A stretch of 64,000 nt of DNA from Candidatus Dormiibacterota bacterium (GTDB lineage Bacteria; Chloroflexota; Dormibacteria; Aeolococcales; Aeolococcaceae), in the NCBI GenBank assembly GCA_963718525.1, contig OY970355.1, positions 1,600,001 through 1,664,000 of the forward strand, given 5' to 3'. A model generated the notes under the pieces. It had not been told where the DNA came from and did no database searches. It worked only from the letters and a program-made list of their open reading frames with translations. A program made the translations under genes and the position numbers. The number at the start of each line of letters is the position of its first letter. The first letter of the stretch is position 1. Of this stretch, positions 20,707-30,496 are shown one piece after another.

Positions 20707-21513
20707 TCAGCCTGCCCTGCGCAGCACAAAGTGGGTCAGGTGCGCGGGGCGGCGCGACGGCTGCTTGTAGCTGCTCAGCCCGGTCCGAATCACCCGGTAT
20801 GACCAGCGCGTCTGCCTGAACGCCGATCGCCACTGGTTGAACGAGTAGACGATGTCACCGAGATACGGGTCGTAGAGAATCCCACTGCTGGAGATGGACG
20901 GGGACCAGGCAACGTAGCGACCCCGAACGGATTTGAGCGCGATGTCCATGCCGATGCGAGTCATCTTGTACAGGTATCGACCGGTCTCGAGCGGGGTTTC
21001 ATTGAGCAGCACCATCGCACCCGACGGCTTGACAACGCGGCGGCATTCGTCAAGAACGTCGGTCAGGCGCGGGGCGTGGTGGAGCGCGGAGCTTGCGACG
21101 ATCAGGTCGTAGGTTCCGTCCTCGACGAGCAATGGCGTGAACAGGGCGCGGATGGGCCGGATCTTGGATGCGACGCCGCCCATTCGCTCGACCACACCCG
21201 GAAGCATCATCTCGAGATTGCTCCGGCTCGAATCGAGCGCATCGATGCTCGCAACCTCGTCGAATCTCGACAGGTACGCTGCGAGCCAGCCCGTGCCGGC
21301 CGCGAGGTCGAGCACACGGATTCCATGCCCGCGCATCAGAGTTCGCCACGGCACGAATTCGAGTGCGTCGAGAAAGTTCCACTCGTGCGTGACGGCATTG
21401 ACCTGCTTCTCCGGGTCGCTCCATACTTCGGCGTGTTGCGGATAGAAGCGTGCGATGGCTGTCTCCCAGCTGCTCGCTTCACTGTCGGCCTGTTGCGCTA
21501 TCCAGTCATCCAC
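20707..21513 (-). CDS. class I SAM-dependent methyltransferase
   Basis: VLDLAAGTGW, YDLIVASSALHH, VKPSG; start uncertain. Confidence 0.85.
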   Translation of the reverse strand: MDDWIAQQADSEASSWETAIARFYPQHAEVWSDPEKQVNAVTHEWNFLDALEFVPWRTLMRGHGIRVLDLAAGTGWLAAYLSRFDEVASIDALDSSRSNLEMMLPGVVERMGGVASKIRPIRALFTPLLVEDGTYDLIVASSALHHAPRLTDVLDECRRVVKPSGAMVLLNETPLETGRYLYKMTRIGMDIALKSVRGRYVAWSPSISSSGILYDPYLGDIVYSFNQWRSAFRQTRWSYRVIRTGLSSYKQPSRRPAHLTHFVLRRAG

Positions 21514-21589
21514 CGATGCGTCGGTCCTCCATCGAGATGGCGACGAGCACGCACTGCGCCCGTTCGTTTTCAGGTTAGCATTCGATGCA

Positions 21590-23371
21590 ATGGCCGTACC
21601 CGCCATCTTCGTTCACGACGCTGGCGATTCCCGGCTCACGGATCCCGGAAGTGTGGTCGCGCTCACGGCGACAGCCTTCGAGGCATGCTGCCGCGCCGGC
21701 CGGACGCCTGCGGTGCTGGCTGATTACACGCAGCAGCCCGAGCTCTGCCGCAATCCCGACGCGTATCAGCGCTGGCAGATGGACTGGCTTGTACGTCTCG
21801 ATGAGGCCTGCGGGCTCGGCGGCGTTGCTCGCTCGTGCGCGCAGCTGATCGTGCCGTCGGTCAACTCACTAGTGGTGACCGCGCGAATGCTGGCGGAAGC
21901 AGTCGACGCGCTCGCGCCGGACTCGATCACATACGTGGGCAGGGTCGGTCCGGTGGAAGCGACCGGTTACCACAATGGCCATCTGCAGTTCTGGCCGAGC
22001 CTCGGCGACGTCCCACTTGCGAGCCGCCTGCTGCCGTTGATAGCCGCAGCCCGGGGGTTGCGCTTTACGGCGTCCTCGGCGGGGGTAGTGCAGCCCGCGG
22101 CAATATCGACGGCGCCGCTGGCCGCCCGCCTCCGCCGCGCGCTGTCGCGCTCGCTTGGACCGTATCGCCGCGTCTATCGCGCGCACGGCGGCGGACAAGC
22201 CGGTCGCACCACGACACTGATGACGTGGTACGCGGGCTACGGTGCAGAGCAATTCGCGGCCGATGAGCACACCACCGGACGCGACACCGCGTTCATCACG
22301 CGAGGTGCCACGTCGTTCCGGATCCTCGACCCCGGACTCCCGCCGCACCACGCACCGAGTCGTCGCATCGATCTGACGGTCCGGCCCGTGAGCGAGATTG
22401 CTCCCGCAGCAGCGGCGTTGCTCGCTGAGCTGGACGAATGGACGGAAGTCCCCGGTGCCGCACGCTTGCTCACGACCCGGCTGGCGGTCTACCTGCAGGG
22501 CATCTGCGTCGCGGTGTCGCGTGCCGTGCCTCGAGTACGCCGAGAGTTCGCGCGTTTCCGAGTCAGCCGGCTCGCGGCCGCGAATCCGAGCTCGCCCGAG
22601 GAGTTTGCCTGCCTGATAGCAGCGAAATCCGCCGGCATCCCTCGCGTGCTGGTGCAGCACGGTGACCATCTCCTCTCGTACGCATCGTGGTTGGTCACGC
22701 AGACGGTGGACTTCGACGAGTTTGCGGCGAGTGACCCCACCATGGAGGAGGAGTTCAACGCGGCTGCGGGCCGCCTCGGTGTTGTTGCCCCGAGGGTGAC
22801 GTACTACGCACCCCGGATCGCCTCGCTTCCCAAGGGGTCGCAGCCGCGACACGCTGCGTCGGAAGCTGGGCGAGCGATCTGCTATGTGCCCTCGTTTCTC
22901 CTCGGCAACTCGAGATACGTCGGAGGGTGCAATTTCGACGATGCCTGGTACCACCGCTGGCATCTCCAGATCCTCGACCTGATGTGCTCGAGACCCGATC
23001 TCCGATTCATCTGGAAGGGGCTGCCGTCGAGCGACCAGGCCGTCGATCCCATACCCGCGCTCATCGCCGAGCGCAACGCCAGCAACATCGTTTTCGAAAC
23101 GCGCCCGTTCATTGAGGTCATCGGCGAGGTGGCCCGGGTCTTCACCAACTCTCTGAGCACTGCGTTGTACGAGACGGTGCACATGGGTAAGCCGTTGCTG
23201 GCATTGACGTTCACGCGCTTCTGCGTGATTCGACCGTCGGCGGCCGGGCGCTTCGCGCCGGTGCTCCGTGCGTGTGATACGGAGCAGGAGGCGCTTGCGC
23301 GGCTCACCGAGTTTCTGGACGCGGACCCCGACGCGTGGACGCTCCCGAAGAGCAGCCTGACTATTCCTTGA
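21590..23371 (+). CDS. uncharacterised glycan-locus protein, possibly a GT-B fold transferase
   Basis: 593 aa soluble ORF with AKSAGIPRVLVQHG and STALYETVHMGKP segments reminiscent of GT-B/capsule-modification proteins. Confidence 0.6.
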   Translation: MAVPAIFVHDAGDSRLTDPGSVVALTATAFEACCRAGRTPAVLADYTQQPELCRNPDAYQRWQMDWLVRLDEACGLGGVARSCAQLIVPSVNSLVVTARMLAEAVDALAPDSITYVGRVGPVEATGYHNGHLQFWPSLGDVPLASRLLPLIAAARGLRFTASSAGVVQPAAISTAPLAARLRRALSRSLGPYRRVYRAHGGGQAGRTTTLMTWYAGYGAEQFAADEHTTGRDTAFITRGATSFRILDPGLPPHHAPSRRIDLTVRPVSEIAPAAAALLAELDEWTEVPGAARLLTTRLAVYLQGICVAVSRAVPRVRREFARFRVSRLAAANPSSPEEFACLIAAKSAGIPRVLVQHGDHLLSYASWLVTQTVDFDEFAASDPTMEEEFNAAAGRLGVVAPRVTYYAPRIASLPKGSQPRHAASEAGRAICYVPSFLLGNSRYVGGCNFDDAWYHRWHLQILDLMCSRPDLRFIWKGLPSSDQAVDPIPALIAERNASNIVFETRPFIEVIGEVARVFTNSLSTALYETVHMGKPLLALTFTRFCVIRPSAAGRFAPVLRACDTEQEALARLTEFLDADPDAWTLPKSSLTIP

Positions 23372-23891
23372 TCACGCGGAGCACGAATGTCAGCTCGTCG
23401 AGCGGAAGCAGTGACGAGACGTGCTGCTCGTAGCGTTCCGGCCAGCGGTTCGCGGCACGCGCCAGCATGCCGCGCATTCCCGTGGCCGGGAAACGCTCGT
23501 TGAACGTCGCGCGCTCCACCGAGAATCGTGCGCTCGAATAACGGTACTGATTGAAGAAGACATGGCCCGGATCGAAGTACCCAAGCGAGTCGAGCGCAAA
23601 GGCATGGCGGTGGGTGGGATCGACCGCGGCCCAGCGCGAGCGGAAGTACGGGACGTCGATGCGCACCAGACAACCGGGTTTGCCGATCCGGTGGATCTCC
23701 TCGAGGGTAGCGACAACGTTGTCGAGGTGCTCGAGCACATTGTCGAGATAGATCTCGTCGGCTGTTGATGCCTCGAAGGGATAGGGGCGAACATCGAGGT
23801 CGTGAATCACGTCGGCGCCGGAAGCCGGATTGATGTCGACCCCGATGGCGCCGGGCCGCTTCTTCGAGCCACAGCCGAGATCGAGAATCAT
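23361..23891 (-). CDS. class I SAM-dependent methyltransferase (type 11)
   Basis: ILDLGCG, NVLEHL, KPG, DPTH. Confidence 0.88.
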   Translation of the reverse strand: MILDLGCGSKKRPGAIGVDINPASGADVIHDLDVRPYPFEASTADEIYLDNVLEHLDNVVATLEEIHRIGKPGCLVRIDVPYFRSRWAAVDPTHRHAFALDSLGYFDPGHVFFNQYRYSSARFSVERATFNERFPATGMRGMLARAANRWPERYEQHVSSLLPLDELTFVLRVIKE

Positions 23892-23926
23892 TCGAGACCG
23901 CCGGTCACCGGGGCGGACTTGCCATC

Positions 23927-25307
23927 ATGGCCGCCGATGAGCACTGCGGCGTGAACGGCGCGCACCGGCGTGCTGACGGCTCGGCGAGGATCCGGATCGG
24001 CTTCTACAGCCATGCTTCTCGCATAGGCGGCGCTGAGACCTACGTTCGCGACGTGGTGCGCGGGATCGACACCGATGTCTTTGACGTACACGTCTTCGTT
24101 CCCCCATGGCGGGAGTTCATCGATTTCCTGGGCATTCGTGAGCGGCGAGATCTGCACTTGCACGTGGTGAGGATAGTCGAGCCTGCAACCGCGTTTCCCG
24201 TACCGAGATCGGGAGCCGCTGTCGCGCCACGTCATCCCAGCTTCGGCACCGAGTTCGACTCCGTCGAGGATCCGCAGCCTCGCGCTTGCCATGCGTCTTC
24301 CGCCCTCGGCGTTGCGGCTCGGGCACGATGCCCTGCGCTACGCGAGCCTCCCGGTGAACCGTCCCCGGCTCGAAGGCGCGTTCAAACGGTATGACCTGGA
24401 CATCCTCCATGCCATCAACGGCGGCTATCCGGGAGCAACGAGCGCTCTCGCCGCGGTGCTTGCGGGGCGGACGACCGCCAGACACCGCATCATGACCGTC
24501 TGCAGTACGGCCATGCCCCGAAGCATCCTGGAGCCGGTGGAGCGGCGCGTTGATCGAAGCCTGGCCGCCTCCCTCGACGCCGTGGTGGTACCGGCCGAAC
24601 GGCCGGCAGGCGCGATGACGGCACGCGGCTTTCCTCGAGAGATCATGGAGATCATCCCGTGGGGAGCGCGGTCCATCCCATACGACGTCGACGCCGATGC
24701 CCGCAGACGGCTGGGACTTCCGGAGACGGCACCGGTGATCGTCTGCCTGGCGAACTTCACTCCCACCAAGGGGCAGGCAGTGATCGTCGACGCGATGGCA
24801 GTCCTTACGGAGCGATTTCCCGGGATCCGGGCGGTCCTTGCCGGGGATGGTCCCGAGCTGGCGGCCCTGCGCAAGCGCGCTGCCGCCCACGGGGTCGCAG
24901 GCAGCGTGCTGTTCCCCGGGTCCTTCAAGGAGCCATGGGATCTCCTCCGAGCGGCGGACGTGTTCGTGCTGGCCTCGGAGATCGAAGGCCTCCCGCTGGT
25001 GGTCCTCGAAGCCATGAGCCAGGGAGTGCCGGTCGTGGCGACGGACGTCGGCGGGATGCCTGAGGCAGTCATCGACGGCGTGACCGGGTTGCTCGTGTCA
25101 CCTGGCGACCCGGCAGCCCTGGCCGCTGCGATCACAAGTATCCTGAGTGACCCCGCCGTGGCGTTGCGGATGCGACACGCCGCACTGGCTCGATTCGAGC
25201 AGCGATTCACCATGGAGCGAATGCTCGAATCTCACGCCGATCTCTACCACAGGCTCACGGGGAGCAGCGCCGGACCGCGGTCGCCGCGCCTAGACTGCCC
25301 CGGATGA
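23927..25307 (+). pseudogene. glycosyltransferase family 4, split by a frameshift (real or assembly error)
   Basis: N-terminus RIGFYSHASRIGGAETYVRD (ORF 23927) and remainder with HAINGGYPG and EGLPLVVLEAM (ORF 24291) lie in different frames; junction about 24190-24290. Confidence 0.8.
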
Positions 25308-26137
25308 GCTCGATCCCCGAACCGGACGCAGCAGCGACCGTCGAGGCCGCTGCTGCCCACGAAACGCACTGGGCCGCGTATGACGCGGCGGGCATCCAAC
25401 GGCTGCTCGCGGTCGAGGATCGCCACTTCTGGTTTCGTGCACGCAATCGCATCATCGCCGCATTGGTGAGCGACCCGATCAACAGCCTGCCCGACGGATT
25501 TCGGGTTCTCGAGGTGGGGTGCGGGAGCGGCAACGTCCTCCGGGTGCTCCAGCACGCCGCTGTCGGCCGGGGCAGCGTCGAAGGCTTGGAGGTGAGCGTT
25601 CCCGCATCCGAGGCCGCGCGCAAGCGGACCGGGCTGACCGTCACCAATGGACATCTCGCGGATCTTCGAAGCCCGGAGCCGTTCGATCTCATCGCCGCCT
25701 TCGACGTCCTGGAGCACATCAGCGACGAGGCCGGGGTGCTGGGTCAGATGCACGCCCGACTCAAGCCCGGCGGCCGTCTCGTCCTCACGGTACCCGCACA
25801 TCCGAAGCTGTGGAGCGCCTTCGATGAGGCCTCCGAGCACATGCGGCGCTATACCCGGTCGAGCCTGACGGCGGCGCTGAGATCGTCCGGTTTCGACATC
25901 GAATATCTCAGCTACTTCATGTTCCTGCTCTACGCGCCCATGCTGCTGCGCCGTCGCCTGTCACTCAGGGGCCGGAACGATTTCGCGGGTGTGTTCGACT
26001 CGGAGTTCCAGGTGATTCCAGGGATCAACGAGGTGGCCTACCAGGTGTTGCGTCGTGAGGCTTACATGATCAAACGCAGGCGGAGGCTTCCCATCGGCAC
26101 CTCGCTGGCGGTGATTGCGCGCCCCCGAAAGCGTTGA
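25304..26137 (+). CDS. class I SAM-dependent methyltransferase
   Basis: EDRHFWF..R, VLEVGCGSG, FDVLEHI, LKPGG, TVPA. Confidence 0.9.
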   Translation: MSSIPEPDAAATVEAAAAHETHWAAYDAAGIQRLLAVEDRHFWFRARNRIIAALVSDPINSLPDGFRVLEVGCGSGNVLRVLQHAAVGRGSVEGLEVSVPASEAARKRTGLTVTNGHLADLRSPEPFDLIAAFDVLEHISDEAGVLGQMHARLKPGGRLVLTVPAHPKLWSAFDEASEHMRRYTRSSLTAALRSSGFDIEYLSYFMFLLYAPMLLRRRLSLRGRNDFAGVFDSEFQVIPGINEVAYQVLRREAYMIKRRRRLPIGTSLAVIARPRKR

Positions 26138-26153
26138 TGCGCAAGCCGTGGTC

Positions 26154-27134
26154 TCAGGAGGTCAGGATCTCGCTCGGAGCGGTCGCGCGGCCACGCAGCG
26201 TCTTGGAGTATGCGTCGGCGGTGAGCGCGAGCCCGCGGGCAAAGTCGGTCGGTTCATAGGGCATGAATGACCTCAGCCGGGTGACATCGAGGATCACGCC
26301 ACGCACATCGAAATCGCGCTGCGGGGCCCAGTCGATGTGCGCCGGCCTGCCGGCCGCGTCGCTGATCGCTCGCACGATCTCGAGAACGGTGAGACCACGC
26401 CCGGAGCCGAGGTTGACGACCCCGACATCGAGTCCATCGAGGACGATTCGTGCCACGACATTCGCGACGTCGGCAACGAAGACGTAGTCGCGGAGCGCTG
26501 ACCCGTCGCCGAAGATGCGAATCGGCATGTCCCGGCTGATTCGGTCGAGGAAGATCGCCACTGCCCCCTGATCCCTGTCGTGTGCCTGATTGGGGCCGTA
26601 CACGTTGGCGCAGCGGACGACATGCAGGGTGGCACCCCACCTCCGCGCATACATCTGCGCGTAGCCTTCCGCAGCCAGATGTGATGCTCCGTACGGGGAG
26701 ATCGGTCGCGTCGCATCCGATTCGCTCACCGGAAGACGGATGGGATCACCGTACACGGCGCCACCGGACGATATGTAGGTGAGCGAAACGTGGGGCCGGT
26801 CACGGAGCGCTTCCAGCACGGCGAGCAATGGCAGCAACATCCCCGTCGCCGCCTCGAGTGGATTCGCCTCGGCGGACGGAGGCGTGAGCCCGCCCGCGGC
26901 GAAGATGACGTGATCCACGTCGCGCATTGCGTCTGCGATGACGCCGGGTGCACGCGCATCAGCCACGACCATTCGGGCACCATCGGCGTTCCCGGCTTCC
27001 GTGCGCCACGTGCGTGAGCGGGTCAGCCCCGTGACGCTGACTCGCTCGGCGAGCAACGTGCTGCCGATGGAGGCGCCGAGGAAGCCCCAGCCGACGACCA
27101 GGACGCGCGGCGCGGCCTTCCCCGATCCTGCCAT
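26154..27134 (-). CDS. NAD-dependent epimerase/dehydratase
   Basis: GWGFLG, SSGGAVYG, YGASH (YxxxK Lys replaced by His), NVYGP, RDYVFV. Confidence 0.88.
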   Translation of the reverse strand: MAGSGKAAPRVLVVGWGFLGASIGSTLLAERVSVTGLTRSRTWRTEAGNADGARMVVADARAPGVIADAMRDVDHVIFAAGGLTPPSAEANPLEAATGMLLPLLAVLEALRDRPHVSLTYISSGGAVYGDPIRLPVSESDATRPISPYGASHLAAEGYAQMYARRWGATLHVVRCANVYGPNQAHDRDQGAVAIFLDRISRDMPIRIFGDGSALRDYVFVADVANVVARIVLDGLDVGVVNLGSGRGLTVLEIVRAISDAAGRPAHIDWAPQRDFDVRGVILDVTRLRSFMPYEPTDFARGLALTADAYSKTLRGRATAPSEILTS

Positions 27135-27166
27135 CGGGGGAGTATAGCCTCGGCCCGTCAGGTGGT

Positions 27167-28135
27167 TCACCGAACGGCGCCCGTTTCGGAAGAGTCCTCA
27201 TCGCTATCGGTTGTCTCGGCGACGACGTATGCCGGTCGTTCCATCAGACGGAAGTGCATGCGAGCCACGTACTCGCCCATGATGCCGAGGATCAGCAGCT
27301 GGACGCCCGAGAAGATGGCGATGATCGATGCGAGAAACGGGAATCCCGGTACCGAGTTTCCACCGATGAAGAAACGGATCACCACGATAAGGAAGACGAC
27401 GATCCCGAAGAGGGTGAACAGGAAACCGACCATGCTGGCGACCCTGAGCGGGCGGCTGGTGAACCCCGTCATCATGTTGAGCGCGTGCTGCACGAGCCGT
27501 CCGAATGTGTAGTTCGATCGGCCTTCGGATCGAGGCTCCTGCCGCACGTCGATCGCCGCGAATCTCACGGTGGCCCAGGTCAGCAGCACGTCGACTGAGA
27601 TGTCGGGGCTCTGAAACCGTTCGAACGCCCGCCGAAGATCCGTACGGAAGACCCGAAACGAGCTCACGCTCCTCGCCGCCGGCGCTCCCATCGCCTCCTG
27701 CAGCGCGAACTTGGTCACGCGTGAGGCAGCTGATCGCCAGAGGCTGTGCCTCTCCGAGATCGGTGACCCGTACACGACATCGACGTCGTCGGTGAGCTCC
27801 TCCAAGAGCGCAGGAATCTCCTCGGGCGGATTCTGCAAATCGTCATCGAGCGTCACGATGATCTCGTAGCGCGCAGCCCGAATCCCCACCAGCAGCGCGT
27901 TGTGCTGACCGAAATTGCGCATGAGGCGCACCCCACGGACCCGGCTGTCAGCGTGCGCCGCCGAGGTGATCGCATCCCAGCTCCGGTCGGGACTGCCGTC
28001 ATCGACGAGGATGATCTCGTGTGCCGGAGCGACGCTTTCGAGCACCGCGGTGAGACGCGGGATGAGCATCGGGAGCGACTTCTCGGAGCGGTGTACCGGA
28101 ATCACGGCGGAGATTCCGGGAGCAAGCGGGGACAT
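27167..28135 (-). CDS. polyprenol-phosphate glycosyltransferase, GT2 (GtrB/ArnC-like)
   Basis: VDDGSPD, RNFGQHNAL, TLDDDLQNPPEEIP; two C-terminal TMs; LGIMGEY. Confidence 0.92.
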   Translation of the reverse strand: MSPLAPGISAVIPVHRSEKSLPMLIPRLTAVLESVAPAHEIILVDDGSPDRSWDAITSAAHADSRVRGVRLMRNFGQHNALLVGIRAARYEIIVTLDDDLQNPPEEIPALLEELTDDVDVVYGSPISERHSLWRSAASRVTKFALQEAMGAPAARSVSSFRVFRTDLRRAFERFQSPDISVDVLLTWATVRFAAIDVRQEPRSEGRSNYTFGRLVQHALNMMTGFTSRPLRVASMVGFLFTLFGIVVFLIVVIRFFIGGNSVPGFPFLASIIAIFSGVQLLILGIMGEYVARMHFRLMERPAYVVAETTDSDEDSSETGAVR

Positions 28136-28146
28136 CGGCACCGGTT

Positions 28147-28928
28147 CTAGCTCACCGCCACGATCGTGGCGTCCGGGTTCGTCAACACGATTCTGCCGAG
28201 GCGCAGCTGCGCTCGATCTGCATGGATGCAATCGTCGGGGTTGCACGCTTCGACGAAGACGTGCCGCTCCGAAAAAGCTGAGTAGTAGTAGTGGCGCCCG
28301 TCGGTCATGCCCGGATTGACCCAGTGGTTGCTGACAGCGAAGATCGTGTCCACCGGCGTATTGTCCTGCAACCAATTGAGCGCCACCACGAGCCCTTGGG
28401 TCAGGCCGCGCACCGCCTGAGGATCAGGCTGGGTCACCGTGATCGGCTTGCCGGTCAAGACCCTCTCGACGGTCGAGACGAGTTGGATCGGTGAGGTCAG
28501 CAGACTTGCGGCCACAAGCGGAATGAGTTCGAGCGCCACGACGCCCGAGAGCGGTGCGCGGCGAGCCCGCAGCGCGATCGCGCTGGCCACGATGAACAGC
28601 AGCCCGAGCAAGCCAAGCGCGGCATATCGGACCAGCAGCCCGGCTGGATGCGCCAGCGTCGGCGCCGTCACGACGACCAGAATGATCAGGCAGATCAAGC
28701 CCGCCAAGAGCAGCAGGACGGTTCCGGCCGTCACGGAGATTGCTTTTCGGAGGCCGGTTCCGAAGCGCCGTTCGCGGAGGGCGCAGAACAGCGCTGCGCC
28801 TGGGATTAGCACAAACCGACCTCGTATCCCGTGAACCTCGCGATGTCCACGACGCCGACGCAGGACACGTCCCAGATAACGAGGACTACCAGCAGGACGA
28901 ATATGAATGGCGCAAATCCGCGACGCAT
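28147..28928 (-). pseudogene. degraded polytopic membrane protein gene
   Basis: ATG at 28928 (AATACT 6 nt upstream) gives MRRGFAPFIFVLLVVLVIW..DIARFTGYEVG, then a frameshift near 28815 into FVLIPGAALFCAL; C-terminal WLQDNTP...YYYSAFSERHVFVE; short for this architecture. Confidence 0.6.
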
Positions 28929-28975
28929 CGTGGGAGTATTGCCCAAGGCTGGGCGCATCTCCTCGGAAGCGGTGC

Positions 28976-30496
28976 TCATGCAACGGCGGGGACGTTAGCG
29001 CCTCGGCGCAGCAGCACGAGGGCGAGGAGTGCCCAAACAACCGCTGTGCCGGCGCATCGCAACAGGAGCGCGGCGACGTCGAGGTGGCCCGGACGCAAAC
29101 CGCTCACCCCCATGTCGAGCACCACGGTGACCGCGACGGCGACCAGCAGCACCAGCGTCATCTTCAGATACAGCGCACCGCGCTCGCGGACATGCCGATC
29201 CCAGATGTGCGGGGCGGCGGTCTCGAAGATGACCACTGCCACGAGGAACTGCACCCACACGTCATTCATCGCGACTGCCTGCGCGCCCCAACCGGTCCGC
29301 AGGGCGATCACGTTCGCGACAATGTTGACGACAAGTGCGCCGGTCCAGATGGACAGGTGCCGCTTCTGGCGATTCACCCGTTTCGAGTTGAGCACGAGCG
29401 AAGGGACGGTGGCGATGGGAAGGAGCAGGATGGTCAGCGCAAGGATGTCGAACAGGCGGATGGAGGGCGCGAAGCTCGGCGTGAACGCCATGACCAGCGG
29501 GGCAAATCCTGCCTGGCCAAGCCCGGCGATGGTCGCGGCGATGAGCGCCATCGCGATGGTGATTCGCTCGGCATGCCGAGCCCAGAGCGGTCCGCTCGCT
29601 CCGCGGCCGAGCTCGCGCCAGATGGTCGGCAGCAGGACCGCCTGGATACCGCCGATCGCGTTTGTGGCCACCGCGATGGGCGCGGCCGCGAACGTGTACA
29701 GGCCCAGCACGAACGACGACGACGCGATGGCGACCGACGAGCTGCCCACGAGGCGGTAGGCCCAGTAGACCTCCGCGAGCAGGCCGAGCGGGAATCCGAC
29801 GCGCAGGAACGGGCGCGCAGCCCGCGTATCGAACGATGGTCGCAGTTGCAGGGGTGGGCGGAACACGAAGTAGATCGCGGCCGTCAGCAGGGATGCGAGC
29901 GCGGGCGCGACGAACATGCCGGGAGTTCCGATGGCTGCGACCAGCGCCACCAGCAGCACCGGCCCGAGGATCGCCTGCACCACGGCCACCTTGCCGACAA
30001 CGTCGAATCGCGACCGGGCCGACCACAGCGTGGAGAGGAAGCTGCTGCCGCTCGATGCGATCACCGCGACCGGCGCGAGGAAGAGCCCGAGCCGAAGCAC
30101 CCCGGACGAAACGAAGAGCCCGACAACCGCGAGTGCGATGCCGGGCAGCGCCGACACCACCAGCTCGAAGGAGAACCCGACGTTCTGGGCATGACGGGCC
30201 TCGCGCACCTCGCCGTGCGCGAGGTGGTCGATGACGGCGCGGATCGATCCCTCGAAGACCCCGCTGCGTATCAGCGTCGCATAGAGATAGATGAGCAGCA
30301 CGAACTGGCCGTCGCCGTATCGAGACGGTCCGAGCCAGTGCGCGGCAAGGAATCCCGCGCCGACGGCGAGCACCGAGCCGATCAGCGATGCTCCCGACAA
30401 TCCCGAAGCGGAGCGCAGGATCCTCCGCAGACCGAGGCTCTCGAGCGGATCCGGCACGCCGGCCTCCACCGGGAGCTCGTCCGTGGTGGTCACCAT
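28976..30496 (-). CDS. Wzx-type oligosaccharide flippase
   Basis: roughly 12-14 hydrophobic segments, AHWLGPSRYG, LRVGFPL, LGLYTFA; inside the glycan locus. Confidence 0.82.
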   Translation of the reverse strand: MVTTTDELPVEAGVPDPLESLGLRRILRSASGLSGASLIGSVLAVGAGFLAAHWLGPSRYGDGQFVLLIYLYATLIRSGVFEGSIRAVIDHLAHGEVREARHAQNVGFSFELVVSALPGIALAVVGLFVSSGVLRLGLFLAPVAVIASSGSSFLSTLWSARSRFDVVGKVAVVQAILGPVLLVALVAAIGTPGMFVAPALASLLTAAIYFVFRPPLQLRPSFDTRAARPFLRVGFPLGLLAEVYWAYRLVGSSSVAIASSSFVLGLYTFAAAPIAVATNAIGGIQAVLLPTIWRELGRGASGPLWARHAERITIAMALIAATIAGLGQAGFAPLVMAFTPSFAPSIRLFDILALTILLLPIATVPSLVLNSKRVNRQKRHLSIWTGALVVNIVANVIALRTGWGAQAVAMNDVWVQFLVAVVIFETAAPHIWDRHVRERGALYLKMTLVLLVAVAVTVVLDMGVSGLRPGHLDVAALLLRCAGTAVVWALLALVLLRRGANVPAVA

